From positions 233,917-297,916 of the forward strand of contig ML992511.1 in assembly GCA_010093995.1 (NCBI GenBank): DNA of 64,000 nt, in the 5' to 3' direction. Position 1 is the stretch's first letter. Each line of letters starts with the position of its first letter. A program made the translations under genes and the position numbers. This DNA comes from Elsinoe ampelina (Eukaryota). Shown here piece after piece: positions 1 through 12,032 of this stretch. Below the pieces are notes generated by a model, which was not told where the DNA came from, did not search any database, and worked only from the letters and a program-made list of their open reading frames with translations.

Positions 1-826
1 GATGACGATGATCCCCTGCGAGAGGATAGTAAAGTGGAGGAGGACGACGATTTCCAGCAGATGCCATCAGAATCTCTACTCAACGAGCTGTACAAAACAC
101 AAGTCATGGACAAGACCAGGCGCAAAATACCTTTCAAGGATTTGATTAGGAGCAAGGAAAATCGACGACATATTGTGGTGTTTACGAGACATCTGTTCTG
201 CCCTGTATGTGTCATCCCAGGCTGCTCCCCTGAATTCCTGCTAACACCCCCAGATGTGCTACGCCTACGTGAAAGCGCTTTCTCACCAACTACCACCAGA
301 GCGACTCGCCAAACTCAACCCACCCACCAAACTAGTCGTAATCGGCTGCGGCGACCCCGTCCTCATCCCCAAATGGACCGAGCAAACCGAATGCCCCTAC
401 GAAGTCTACGCCGACCCCTCACGACAACTCTACCTCAAACTCGGCTTCGCCATCAACACCGAAGCCAACGCCGTGGTCCCACAATACGTACAAAAGCACG
501 CCCAGACGCCATTCCAAAACATCCTCCGCTGCTTCGGTCTGGTGGCGGCGACAGCCAAAGTCAACGCCGGCGTCGTCTCCCAAAACGGAGGCGAGATGAT
601 CTGGATCGATGGCCAACTGCGCTTCATCCACCGCATGAAGAACAGCACGGATCACACCGAGACGTTCGAGTTGCTGCGGCTGCTGAAGCGGCAGGGGCAA
701 GAGATGGGTAGGCGGACGCCGAGTATCAGGTCGACGGCGAATGACGAGGGGACGTCGTCGAAGAGGAGTTCGTGGGCGAGGTACATTGGCAAGCGGCTGT
801 CGTTGATTTCGGACAAGGGGGATTAA
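1..826 (+). CDS. AhpC/TSA-like (peroxiredoxin-like 2/AAED1 family) thioredoxin-fold protein, 5' truncated by the window edge
   Basis: Intron 205-253 (GTATGT..CTAAC..CAG) joins VVFTRHLFCP to MCYAYV, giving a CxxC motif. LVVIGCG, YEVYADPSRQLY and QNGGE..HRMKNSTDH fit the family. Confidence 0.8.
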
Positions 827-2803
827 GGGGTGGGCATGTTGAGGAAGGGATAGGGTGGTGTAAGATAGGTGGATGGGATTTGTACTATAATCATACCCGA
901 TGACATGAATTGCTTACTCTGTTTCTTCACGTACCTACCATGCGCATCTCAACCATGGATTCTTTCATCTCGTGGCTGAATAGCCCAGTCCAGCACCTCG
1001 TGGTCGATATCCTTATCCCACGCCAAACGTGACATGGGCGGCGGAAAGGCATCTCGACCTCCTGGCCGTTGCAGTGCCGTTGGGCTAATCTTGGGCTGCA
1101 GGTGCGTGTGCGGCGGTCGACGGGCGTGCGAATCATGGAAAGAGTCCACACATCACGTTGAGGGGCCTCTCTTTGCGACAGTCAAATGGCAGGTACGGTA
1201 TATCTGTCAAAGTCAAGTGGTCATGGTATTCTCTTTTCTTGGCCGAGTGCCAAGGCTGGAACAAAGGATCTGAGGTAAGATGCCGGCGGGAGGATGCCAA
1301 AAATACGTGTCGACAGAGGTCATGACGGCAACGATTTCTGGTAGTTCATGCATGCCCTCGCGCGCGGAAGATTTCGAGATGTATGGAAGCGTGTCAGGGC
1401 ATGATCGAAGCGTGTTCATAAGGGCTCTTTATTGCTGGAGCCGTGCAATTTGGAGGCGTGGCGGGGTCGCGTTGTGATTGGTGGCGGGTCGGGAAATAGG
1501 CGCCGCGAGAGGGAGAAGAAGAAGAAGACGGGAAGGGCGCTTTGACAGTGGAGCCCCCAATTGGATCTAATTTCGAGTCTTTGCGCATTCGTGCAGCGCG
1601 GAGAAGACACGCGAGATTGTCAAAGGACGGGGAGAAAAACCTTGTGCCATCAAAGGCCGTTCTAGCTCAGCGGGTTTTTGAAGCAGCGTGTTTTACAGAC
1701 ACACCGGCGAGTGGCTTGTGAGGACGAGATGGTCATGTCCTGGTAGGATGGAGTAGCAGGAGTCAATAGGGCAATGCCATCGTGGTTGTTCTCAAAATGG
1801 CCGCGAGCCGTGTGAAGAAAGGAGCTATTGAGGGCCTTTGATAGGGCGGACAGGCGTGGACTCGTGCATTAGCGACAAAGCCTGAGACCCCTGCAGCGAA
1901 CGAGAACGAACAGAGGCGATCCCCACTTTGCAGGTGAGAGAGAAGAGCGAAGCCTGTCTCTCCCTCTCACACGCAAACTGTTCCCGAAGCCTAACCGCCT
2001 CGTCTCCTGTCCTTTCACTCACACCTGCTTTCCAGCTTCTCCTTCAACCTCTCACTCCTCCACACAATCCCTCTTCTTTCGCCTTGTCGCCCTTTTCTTC
2101 GCTTTTGCCTCTCCCTCCGCCACTGTCGTCTTTTCCGTCCTTCCTTGCAGCCTTGACGTCGTCACTAGGTCCGCGCTTTCTCGGTCGCACTCAGCCTCTA
2201 GACCCTCATACATCGCCTGAGGCCCTATTCCCATCCACGACCCTCTGTGTCTCGTGTGCTACTCTCGGACCTCCAATCTTGCTGGACATAGTCTTCGTCG
2301 ACATTCACTCTCTTACATTTTGACACCCGACAAAAATAAAACCATCGGCAGCGTACGTGCAGGCTTCACTCGGCTTATCACCTCGACCTCGACTTCCCGA
2401 TATCAGACACGTTCACCCTCAACGTCTGCACATCAAATTTCACAACACAACCTCGATCCCATCTCACTCGACATCTCCATTGCATTGCTTGTCATCGCGA
2501 GCCTCAAGTCTCGCCCGAGCTATTAGCTTTCCACTGATACCCCACGGTTACTCTTCCAGCACTCGCACCCATAATTCAGTAATACAATCTCCACCGAGCC
2601 TGCCGCTGCCTGCTTGCCTGAGCGCCGCACTCGATAGTACAATCCGACCACTCATCACCTAGTGGTACCACCGTCATCAAATACCATCACCATTCGTCTC
2701 GATTGACGGAAGAGACGATCGATTACGCATCAATACGACTTCATCAATTCACGAGCTTTATTCTATTCTCATCATCAACAAGTAGATACTACTGAACAAG
2801 AGC

Positions 2804-4396
2804 ATGGACACTGGTGGTCTCGCTCACATGTCTTACAACAATCAATTCAACGCTGGTGGCTTCACTCCCAGCAATGGTTTTGCTGCTCGTAACAAGGGTG
2901 GTAATCCTAAACGCCTGAGTGTCGCCCTCCCACCCAAGGTCGACTCGATCAGTGAGAACCAGACTGGTGCACCGACTCCTCGTACCACTAGTCGCTCGCA
3001 CCTTCTTGCTGGGCTCAGGACTGCTCCTAAGAATAACGCTACGCCCGCTTCCGCTCCTTACACCCAGACCAGGCATCAGATGCAAGGCAACAACCAGTGG
3101 GCGAACGCTGGTTATGACTCATATCAGCAAGGTGTTCCCCAGACTGCTGCTGGATACGGCATGAACCAGTATGCCATGCAGGCTGGTCAGCAGACCTACG
3201 CTCTTCCTGAGCAGGTTCTGGCTCCACCCTCGATGTTCGAGGATGCCGAGGAGATGGACCCGAATGTTCTGGAGCAGCTCCAGCTCACCGGCCTGTACCT
3301 CGCTCAGCGTCAGCAGGAACTTCAGCAGCAGCTTGCCAGCATCACTGCTGCTGCCAATCAGTTCCAGGGTCTGAACATGGGCATGTACCAGCAGACCATG
3401 TCTATGCACAATCTGCAGCAGCAACTCGCAGAGCCGATCGAGGTCCCTGGCCAGCCTGGTCTCTTCGTCGTTCAGAACCCAATGACTGGCGAATTCCAGT
3501 ACGTCCAGGCCAACACCCAGCAGACTGCTCAGCGTAACCCTTCGCCCCTTGGTCGCTCTCAGACTATGCACAATCTGTCAACCCCGGTGTTCCGTGCCGA
3601 GATCTCCCCACCTCCTTCCGATCGGCCTACTGCTGCGAATACTCGTTCGATCACTCCTCCCACGAAGAGCAAGTCTCCTCAGCCAAATCTGGAGCACGTC
3701 GAACCTCTTCCTCCTCCATCTGCCAACGCTTTCCGTCGCGGTCACCAAAAGAAGCTTTCCTCTCTGTCTATTGCCAACAATGGTAATGTGACGGAAGGAC
3801 CCAAGACTTCGAGTGCTGCTATCTTCGGCTCAAACCGCGTCTTCATTCCTCCTACGCCCATGACTGGCACCTTCGGTCCAGGTGCGGCTCGCGCTGGTGA
3901 ACATCCTATTCGCCAGCCTCGCGGTCCTCCTTCTCTCGACGAGCTCAAGGCTCTACCGACTGCCAACCACGAGGGTAGCAAGAACTTTGCTGCTCGTCGC
4001 CGCCGTCGCGCTCTCAATAACCTGTTTCGTGCTGGTAGCGTTCGTCGTAGCGCGTCCAACCCAAACAGCTCAACCAGCCCAACCAGCGAGAGCGGTGCAT
4101 CCCTAACCACTTCCGAAGAAGATGAACCAGGTCTCTACCGCAAGCAATCTCCCATTGGAAGCGAGAGGAGCGCCAAACGCGGCAGCCAGAGTAGCGTCGA
4201 CGGCAGCCAAAGCGGCTCCGCCGTCCAGACCCCCATGACCGAGAACGGCGATGCATTCGACATGTCCAGCTTCGTCAAGCAGCTGCCGGCACACATGCAG
4301 CAAGGCATCAGCCAGGGCCACTCTCCCTTCGGCGGCGAGAGGAGGAAGCTTCTCAACCTCGCCAACCGCGCGGAGAAGAGGAAGAGCGTTTTCTAG
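2804..4396 (+). CDS. Low-complexity Gln/Pro/Ser-rich protein of unknown function
   Basis: 530-aa single ORF with strong C/T third-position codon bias and a long pyrimidine-rich leader upstream. Confidence 0.8.
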   Translation: MDTGGLAHMSYNNQFNAGGFTPSNGFAARNKGGNPKRLSVALPPKVDSISENQTGAPTPRTTSRSHLLAGLRTAPKNNATPASAPYTQTRHQMQGNNQWANAGYDSYQQGVPQTAAGYGMNQYAMQAGQQTYALPEQVLAPPSMFEDAEEMDPNVLEQLQLTGLYLAQRQQELQQQLASITAAANQFQGLNMGMYQQTMSMHNLQQQLAEPIEVPGQPGLFVVQNPMTGEFQYVQANTQQTAQRNPSPLGRSQTMHNLSTPVFRAEISPPPSDRPTAANTRSITPPTKSKSPQPNLEHVEPLPPPSANAFRRGHQKKLSSLSIANNGNVTEGPKTSSAAIFGSNRVFIPPTPMTGTFGPGAARAGEHPIRQPRGPPSLDELKALPTANHEGSKNFAARRRRRALNNLFRAGSVRRSASNPNSSTSPTSESGASLTTSEEDEPGLYRKQSPIGSERSAKRGSQSSVDGSQSGSAVQTPMTENGDAFDMSSFVKQLPAHMQQGISQGHSPFGGERRKLLNLANRAEKRKSVF

Positions 4397-5052
4397 ACAG
4401 GACACCGCATCGGGAGGATCTTCACTTCTATTCAGCAGCCCCTGCACGACAGGCAGGCTTAGGGCACGGCATCACGACACGGGTTTTGTTTCTTTGTTTT
4501 CCTGGTTCGTTCCGACATTACACTCCACGAGAAAACTCCGATGGAGACGAGGAGGAAGGCTATCGCATTTTCGCGCGCACCCAAGGCGATGCCACTTTTC
4601 ACGGTCTATCCGCCTTTTTACACTCGAGGAGATCTTTCCTTCTTGCTCGAGCAAAACACCATGTACTTTATTTTTCTAGACGCTCGCTACACAGGCCTTT
4701 GTTTGCCGCCGGTTCGCCTTTCTCTCCGCCCTCTTTGCGGGCCACGGCTGTGCCGGGACTCGACTAATTTGGGGTTCATGGAAGGGAGGGAAAGGGACGG
4801 TGGGGGTCGATCGATTGATGTTATGTTTTATGAGGGGGGAGATCCCTTCTGAGAGACTGGAGGGGGAATAAAAGATTTTTACCCTTTCTACGATGTGCCT
4901 TTTGTGCCTTTTCGTTCGTGATGTGTCGTGCCGTGCTCGACTGTGAGGGGCCTGAGGTGTCAGGGAGGTTGTGGTGTTGGAGCCCGTGCTGGTAGTACAT
5001 ACAGGTTGTGGTGGAGCTGGCCAGGGAGGTGGTGGGAGTGTTTGGGAGGTCC

Positions 5053-6057
5053 CTAGAAGTCGCATGCTTCCGAGAGGAGAGTGGCGAGTTGCTCGAGGTA
5101 ATGTTGGTCTTCGCTGTCAAAACCGGAGGGGAGGGCGCAGTCGATGTCGATTATGGCTACTACCTGGAGAGGGGTCAGAGGGGAGAGATGCAGAAGGCAG
5201 GCGCAGGGGAACATGGAGGAAGGTGAGGTGGGAGATATGAAGTGAGGGATGTGAAGTCAAGGTGTGAAGTGAGCATGCGAGGCCGAAAAGATCTGCTGCA
5301 CCACGGTGGAGATCTTGGTCAAGCCTCCTCACCCCGATCACCACGTGCCAGTACCAAGATCTATCCAAGGCACTGTCCCGAAAATGCGCTGGGAGTCAAG
5401 ATCTGCTTCAAAGATCTCATGTGAAGCAAATTTTCTCACATCCTCACGATTCCTCACATCCTCGCATCCTCGCGTTCCCCAACCTCACCTCAACCTCTAA
5501 TGAAGAAAGCACCACTCACCTTCCCACCCTGCTTCACCGGCACCACAACCTCACTCCTACTATCCCCATCACAAGCAATATGCCCGGGAAACTCCTCCAC
5601 ATCCGGCACCAACTGCGTCGTCCCCTCCTGCGCCGCGGTCCCACAAACGCCCCTCCCAAACGCAATCGTCTGACACGCCACCTTCCCCTGGAACGGACCC
5701 AGGATCAACGACGGTTTGTCTCGTGGCGCTGAAGGGTCAAGGACGTAGAAGCCTGCCCAGTTCACGGCGGGTGAAGGCGAGGGGAGGGATTTGTAGAGGT
5801 GCCATAGGAGGGAGGCGGTGTTGGAGAGGTTGCTGAAGGGTCAGAGAGGGGAAAGAGGAAAGAGGAGAGGGAAGGATGGGGAAAACTACCAGACCCAGTT
5901 TCTTTGGCCGTCGAAGAGGGAACTGGCTTGCGAGAGGACTTGGGTGTAGGCTTCTGCTTTGGTGATGCCGGAGTGGAAGTTTGAGGCGTCGGCGTGGACC
6001 TTGAGAGGGGTGTCAGGGACGAGTACAGGTGAGGAGAGAGAGAAGGGGGTTTACCAT
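5053..6057 (-). CDS. GAF-domain free methionine-R-sulfoxide reductase (fRMsr/MsrC, YKL069W-like)
   Basis: Exons 6057-6055 (ATG only), 5999-5890, 5832-5520 and 5163-5053. Motifs VHADASNF, NWAGFY, LGPFQGKVAC, GRGVCG, FPGHIACD..SRSEVVVP and VAIIDIDC. Confidence 0.92.
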
Positions 6058-6551
6058 TTTAATGGTGCTATATCACGCTGGTAGGGGGGGCTCTACTTGG
6101 ATTGGAAGACGAATATTCATTTTGCATGTTGTCGTCTCGGGACACTATTTTGTGCTCGGTTACAATCGCGCCATTCTTGATGTCGGCGTGTCGGAGCCGA
6201 AGCTCCGATGAAGAGCTGGAGCTACGGCACCGGTATTCCATGAGAGTGGTTGCTATAACAGAATGGAGTGTTTCTCAGGTAGGTGTGGAAGCGAGTCTCC
6301 TAATTCAACATAAGGCTGAATTGGAGTGACTGCTTTGAGGACGATCGGTGGGTCAATTTGTTTGATCAAGACGCGATATCACATTCCTCATGCACCCTTG
6401 CATGCCCCGCTCCGCTATCCGAGGACTTCACCAGCACGACCTATCGCTCACCCAGAGCCCTTCACGACTTGCTTGACCTACCTGCAGCTTGATATTTGTC
6501 TCGCAATTTTGATCTGACTTCCACGACTTGTCGGGGGATAACAAACACAAC

Positions 6552-7475
6552 ATGTCGACGGGACTTCCAAGACAATGCTGCGCCACTGGGTCCCTTCACA
6601 CAGGCACGCCGACAGGCAAAGTGGGCAAGCTTCACGGCCTCGACGCGTACATGACCAGTCCTCCTGACGGGATCGCACCCAAAGGTGTCGTCGTGATCAT
6701 TCCCGACATCTTTGGCTGGACGCTTCCCAACTCCCGCATCCTTGCCGACGAGTACGCAAAGAAAGGGCCCTTCAACGTCTACCTCCCCAACTTCATGAAC
6801 GGTACATCCAGACCTATACCCAGGACTGTATCACCATACTGACAATTGCCAGGTCCCGCATTCCAACCAGACATGCTCATCTCTATCGAGACCGTCTCGA
6901 CACCAGGCTTCACCGCCCTCTTCTCCCGCGCCTACCACTTCCTCCGCCTCCTCTACCACGGCGTCCCCTTTCTGATCCGCAACCGCGCCTCGGCCGTCAT
7001 GCCAGTCATTACCTCCTTCTTCACGCAGCTGCGCGACGCCACACCTACCGACCTACCCATTGGCGCCGCTGGGTTCTGCTGGGGTGGCATGCCCGTCGTG
7101 AAGCTCTGCCACGACGAAGTCAAAGCCAAGAACGGCCTAAGTCTCATCGAAGCGGGCTTCATCGCTCATCCGAGCTTCATGAAGATGCCAGATGATGCGG
7201 AGAAGCTGGTGAAGCCGTTGAGTTTTGCTGCCGCGGGAAATGATGGGAAGGTGTTGGTGAAGCAGGGGGAGGAGTTTGAGAAGGTATTGGAGAGGAAGAA
7301 CAAGGTGGTGGAAGAGAGGGAAGGAGGAGGCGGTGTGAGGCATGAGTATGTCTTTTATGACAAGGCGGATCATGGGTTTGCGGTGAGGGCGAACGAGAAG
7401 GATTCGGAGGCGGCGGAGAAGGGGAAGAAGGCGGAGGAGCAGGCTGTGAGTTGGTTCCAGAGGTGGTTTGGCTGA
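6552..7475 (+). CDS. Dienelactone hydrolase family protein
   Basis: Exons 6552-6801 and 6853-7475. CCATG start motif, PDIFGW, GFCWG nucleophile elbow, AHPS and HGFAVR. Confidence 0.9.
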
Positions 7476-8130
7476 TGGGGCAGGGAGGAGGGCAATGTCC
7501 TGGTAGTGTTCATGTTTTCTGTATTACCACGGGTGTGTCGTGGCGTTCGGATGTTTATGATCGGATCCTGGGGTTCTGCAAGTCAGCTAAGGGGTCCTCC
7601 GGTATGCAATACTCACAACTCCACTCTGCATTTGTTCCATTTCAAGATCCATTTCACCCAGCAATGATCAATGTGGGGCTTCTCCACATGTCTCCAAATC
7701 TCGCAGCTTCTCCAAGAAATAATTCAAGTCCAGATCGCCGGTGTGAGCCTGGAAAGAGCAGCAACAAAGACGACATTTCGGTGTCCGAAAAGCAGGTTCA
7801 TGAATATCTGACAGCAGAGCCGCCACGGGACAACGGTGACCAAGGCTCATCGGTCATTTGCCCTGCACCACTTTCTCTGACCTGTCGGGGAGAAGCAACA
7901 GGCTCAAGTGGAGGGGACCAAGCTAGAGTGACGATGTGGATGCGGGGAAAGCACCAGAGGCTGAAGTGGCCCCTCTTCTTGAAAACTTGCGGTCGGTTTG
8001 TCTTCTCTCTCTTACATTCTGCTGTTTTGTGTAGTGTACGAGTGTATTGGACAATCGCAAATACGAACAGACCCATATAGCTATACAATTGGACACATAG
8101 ACAGCGTTCAAAAGCAGGTACAAAGCAAGA

Positions 8131-9543
8131 ATGGCCGCAGCTACAGCAAAGCCACCCTTCAAGGCAGAGGTACGTACACCGCTTATGCAGGACATTCGGT
8201 GGACATTACGGTCGCCAACAACTCAACTTTATCTCGACGCGATCTCTCACCAAAACCACAGCTGACAAATACCAGCATCTCGGCTCTCTCCTCCGTCCTC
8301 AAGAGCTCCTCGACGTCCGTCACGCCGTCTACGAGAAGCGCTCAGATGGCAAAGAGCTCCCTTCTGTCGAGGACGAGGCGATCAAGAAGGCTCTAAAGAT
8401 CCAGTACGAATGTGGTTTCCACGCCCCTTCAGATGGCGAGTACCGCCGTCACATGTTCTGGGGTACCTTCTTTCCTTCGCTGGACGGCATGACTGAGATC
8501 TTCAACCCCTCGATCGACCTATTCCGCGAGTATGCCCCGGACATGGCTGCGTTCATGGAAAAGGGTCACCAGCCTGCCGAGTCCGTCATCTGCACGGGCA
8601 AGATCAAGCACACGGGCAAGTCTAGCTACATCGACCAATTCGAATATGTGAAGAAGCAGATCCCACAGGAGTACTGGGGAAACATCAAATTGACTCTTGC
8701 GGCGCCCAACTGGTAGAAACGAGCACGAGAGGTAGAGGTGAACAACATGCTGATTCATCACAGGTACCACTTCCGCTACAAGGAGGGCAAGGCATACCCA
8801 TCCGACGTCTACTCGAGCGACGAGGAGTACTTTGCCGACATTGCCAAGGCATACCAGACCGAATTGGACATTCTATACAAGGCTGGTCTGCGAAATGCTC
8901 AAGTCGATGACCCCAATCTTGCGTGTAAGGCGTGCTTTTGAGAATGAAGAGAGTAGCGCTGACAATATACACAGACTTCTGCGACGAAAAGATGCTGGCT
9001 GGCTGGTCCGCCGACAAGCTGAACAAGAAGACCGCTGATGAGCAACTCGATGCCTACATCAAGTTCTACAACGAATGCTTCAAGCGACCCTCGGACATGC
9101 TTTTAGGCGTGCATCTCTGCCGTGGCAACTTTGTCGAATCCCGCCATTTCTCAGAGGGAGCTTATGACCGCATCGCGAAGAAGCTCTTCCAGGACCTTGA
9201 TGTACCCGTCTACTACCTTGAGTACGACACGCCTCGTGCCGGTGGTTTCGAGCCACTCAAGTTCCTACCAAAGGACAAGACCGTCGTACTGGGTGTTGTG
9301 ACGAGCAAGTTCCCTAAGCTTGAGGACAAGAAGGAGATGGTGGACAGAATCTACAAGGCGGCGGACTACGTGGCTGAAGGCAACAAGATCTCCCGCGAGG
9401 AGGCGTTGAAGCAGCTCGCGGTTAGCCCGCAGTGTGGCTTTGCTTCCCACTCGGACGGTAACCTGCTCGGCTGGGATGACATGGTGAACAAGCTGAAGCT
9501 TGTGAGGAGCATCGCGGACGAAGTCTGGCCAGGCCAGCCATAG
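8131..9543 (+). CDS. Cobalamin-independent methionine synthase catalytic-domain-only (MetE/UROD-like) protein
   Basis: Exons 8131-8169, 8276-8712, 8764-8924 and 8975-9543. Motifs PPFKAEHLGSLLRP, DGEYRR, and Zn ligands in HLCRGN, LEYD and SPQCGFAS. Confidence 0.88.
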
Positions 9544-9690
9544 AGTAGTAGTTTTGTGTCCCGGAGTCGTCTGGCGTCGAGGAGGCGAGCGTGTTGATAG
9601 TGATACCATGAAGTGACGAAGTGAAGCGGATGGAAAGTCGAGGTTCAACCCTCGCAGAATGTAGATACCACAAAAAGCAAATCAACCCTT

Positions 9691-10902
9691 TCAACCAGCA
9701 TCAGCGGTCCCCCTTGTCCATCCGTCTCCTATCGCACAAGCGTGCAACATTGGAGGACACCAATGCCCCGTGGCCGGCCCATGTATTACTACCAGTAACG
9801 ACCCTCCCACAAAGATCAACAGTAGCACCAACGCCATGCACACCACCGCCCGTGTACTGACCCTCATCTTCTCCCTCCTCTCAAAATTCGTCGCCACCAA
9901 CGCCGCCACTAAACCCCCATCCGGCTTCTCGGGATAATCCATGACCACGATCCCCAACCTTTGCCTCCCCTTGTGCTCCCGCAACCACTCCCCGACCCTC
10001 CTATTCACCCCCTCCACAAACCTATAATACCACCACCCACCCACCGCCACATCATGCGGACTCGCCTGAAAATACAAATTGAACTCATACCCACTCACAA
10101 AATTCAAATACCACCTCGCCGGATCCTCATCCCGCCTCGCCAACTCCAACAACCCCACCACATCCCCGGCCTTCCTCTCCACAAACTCGGGCAGCGCCAA
10201 CGGTTCAGACGGGTTATAGTGATCCTGCACCACCAACTCCACCCCGCGCCAGGTCCGGATCGTGAACGGCCGCGCGGGGTTGTCCTCCCACCCACTCACG
10301 TCGATGCCGCGGTAGGGGCCCCCTCGCGCGACCGCGAACCGGCGCAGGAGCTGGATCTTGCCGCGGCATTCACCGAGGGAAGGGGTGGTGGGGTCGAAGC
10401 GCCACTTGTCTGCGTCGGGGGTCAGGGCGGCCCAGACCGCGTCCGGGAAGGAGACGTCCGAGGATTCGGGGGCGCGGTCTTGTTTGATTTGCACGACGAG
10501 GGCTTCGGAGGGGTGGGATGTGAGGAAGGCGTGGAGCATGGCCAGGCAGGAGGCGAAGGTGCGGGGGAGCAGGGCGCGGCCGTGCACCATTTCGAGGACG
10601 TTGGAGCGGAGGCCGAGGCGGAAGTCGAAGTAGCGGATGCCGGAGAGGAGTTGGGTTTCGAGTGGGAGGTTCTGCGTGGCGATGAAGGGGAAGGGGGTGG
10701 CGTAGGCGGCGCTGTCGTGGGTGCCGGGCAGGGTGAGGGAGGAGAGGGGCAGGTGGGAGGGGAGGAGGGACATCCATTGTGTGAGGTCTGGGGTGGTGGT
10801 GGGGTGGTGACGGCGATGGCGGAGGCGGCGGTGGAGGGTGGCGTGGGCTTTTTCGTTGAGGAAGGTGCCGTAGCTGTGAAGGCTAGGGGCGGGAGTGGTC
10901 AT
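9691..10902 (-). CDS. Phosphatidylinositol-specific phospholipase C (PI-PLC X domain) with C-terminal hydrophobic anchor
   Basis: WMSLLP..LSSLTLPGTHDS, TQLLSGIRYFDFR, HPSEALVVQIK, RGKIQLLRRF, GIVVMDYP. Confidence 0.88.
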   Translation of the reverse strand: MTTPAPSLHSYGTFLNEKAHATLHRRLRHRRHHPTTTPDLTQWMSLLPSHLPLSSLTLPGTHDSAAYATPFPFIATQNLPLETQLLSGIRYFDFRLGLRSNVLEMVHGRALLPRTFASCLAMLHAFLTSHPSEALVVQIKQDRAPESSDVSFPDAVWAALTPDADKWRFDPTTPSLGECRGKIQLLRRFAVARGGPYRGIDVSGWEDNPARPFTIRTWRGVELVVQDHYNPSEPLALPEFVERKAGDVVGLLELARRDEDPARWYLNFVSGYEFNLYFQASPHDVAVGGWWYYRFVEGVNRRVGEWLREHKGRQRLGIVVMDYPEKPDGGLVAALVATNFERREKMRVSTRAVVCMALVLLLIFVGGSLLVVIHGPATGHWCPPMLHACAIGDGWTRGTADAG

Positions 10903-11320
10903 TGTGTTGGGTGGAAGGGTGGTTTCACGGTTGTCCCTTGCGAGGGCGGTGATGCATGTCCGGACAATGATGCGTGTGTTTCGGGTTTCGTTCGGAGGTG
11001 CGGGAGCCTACGCCCTGTGATGCGGCTCCGAGTGATTTACGGAGGTGTTGGGATGAATCTGGTTGAATATCTCGAGCTTGCAGGGATAGACAAAGAATGG
11101 GAGAGGTTGCTCGCCACTCATGTCGTCGATGACGATCATGCGGCGACCTTGCCAAGCTTTGCGGGGACTGATGTGCAGATCGCAGGCATCAGAAATGCAT
11201 TTTCCTGACGAAAGCATCACAACCCACATTTCCGACAGGTTGCGGCTCCGCGCAAGAAGCCGAAACATCGAATTCCGAAGATGCATTAGCACATTCAATA
11301 GTCTTTGTTCCCGGCCAAGC

Positions 11321-12032
11321 ATGTCGCGTGCTGCTCCGTCGAGCCGCAAGGCCGTCAAGAGCGAGTACATCGAGACAGTGAGCTTGTCCGTGTTACTGAT
11401 GTGACAAGCTCATGACTGATGGCAACCAGGACACCGGGAATAAGATATCACGCAAGGCGAGAATCGAAGGCAAACCGAACATCATGCTCGGTGGACGTTC
11501 TGCCATCATGGCCGATGTCTGTATGCGTGGCGACTTGCACAGATTCTCTTCAAGCGAAAGCGGCGAAAAAGGTCCGACGACCTCGATTAGCATTGGGAGG
11601 TATACCGTGGTGGCGACAGGAAGTACCTTGCGTCCGCCTTGCCGGATCAGTCGAGGACAAATGTCGTACTACCCCATGCGAATAGGAGACAATGTGTTCA
11701 TCGGTATGCAGCAAGGTCCAATTATAAGGAGAATCGAGTAACTTTAATCAGGACCCAACTGCCTCATTTCCTCCGTAGCAATAAGCTCCCACGTCTACAT
11801 CGGCGCCAACTGCGTCCTCTCACCCTTCTGCATGATCAAGGAGAACTGCAAGATTCTCCCCGACACCGTGGTCCCTCCCAACATGGTCATCGCTCCTGGA
11901 TCCGTGGTCGGCGGTAACCCTGGCCGGATCATCGACCGAGTGGGCGAAGGATGGGGAGCCGGCTCCGGTGGACCAGGCGAAGATTGGGTCGAAGGGGGCG
12001 ATTTGCGAGAATTGGTGAGGAGCATCAAATAA
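11321..12032 (+). CDS. DCTN5: Dynactin subunit 5 (p25), left-handed beta-helix
   Basis: Exons 11321-11377, 11430-11703 and 11752-12032. SEYIET|DTGNKISR, NIMLGG, RGDL, IKENCKILPDTVVPP. Confidence 0.9.

Noticed and set aside
9961..11208. 415-aa plus-strand ORF and similar long antisense ORFs (31766-32374, 36940-37791, 59091-59981)
   Set aside because: Shadow ORFs opposite real genes, explained by biased codon usage. No recognisable motifs.
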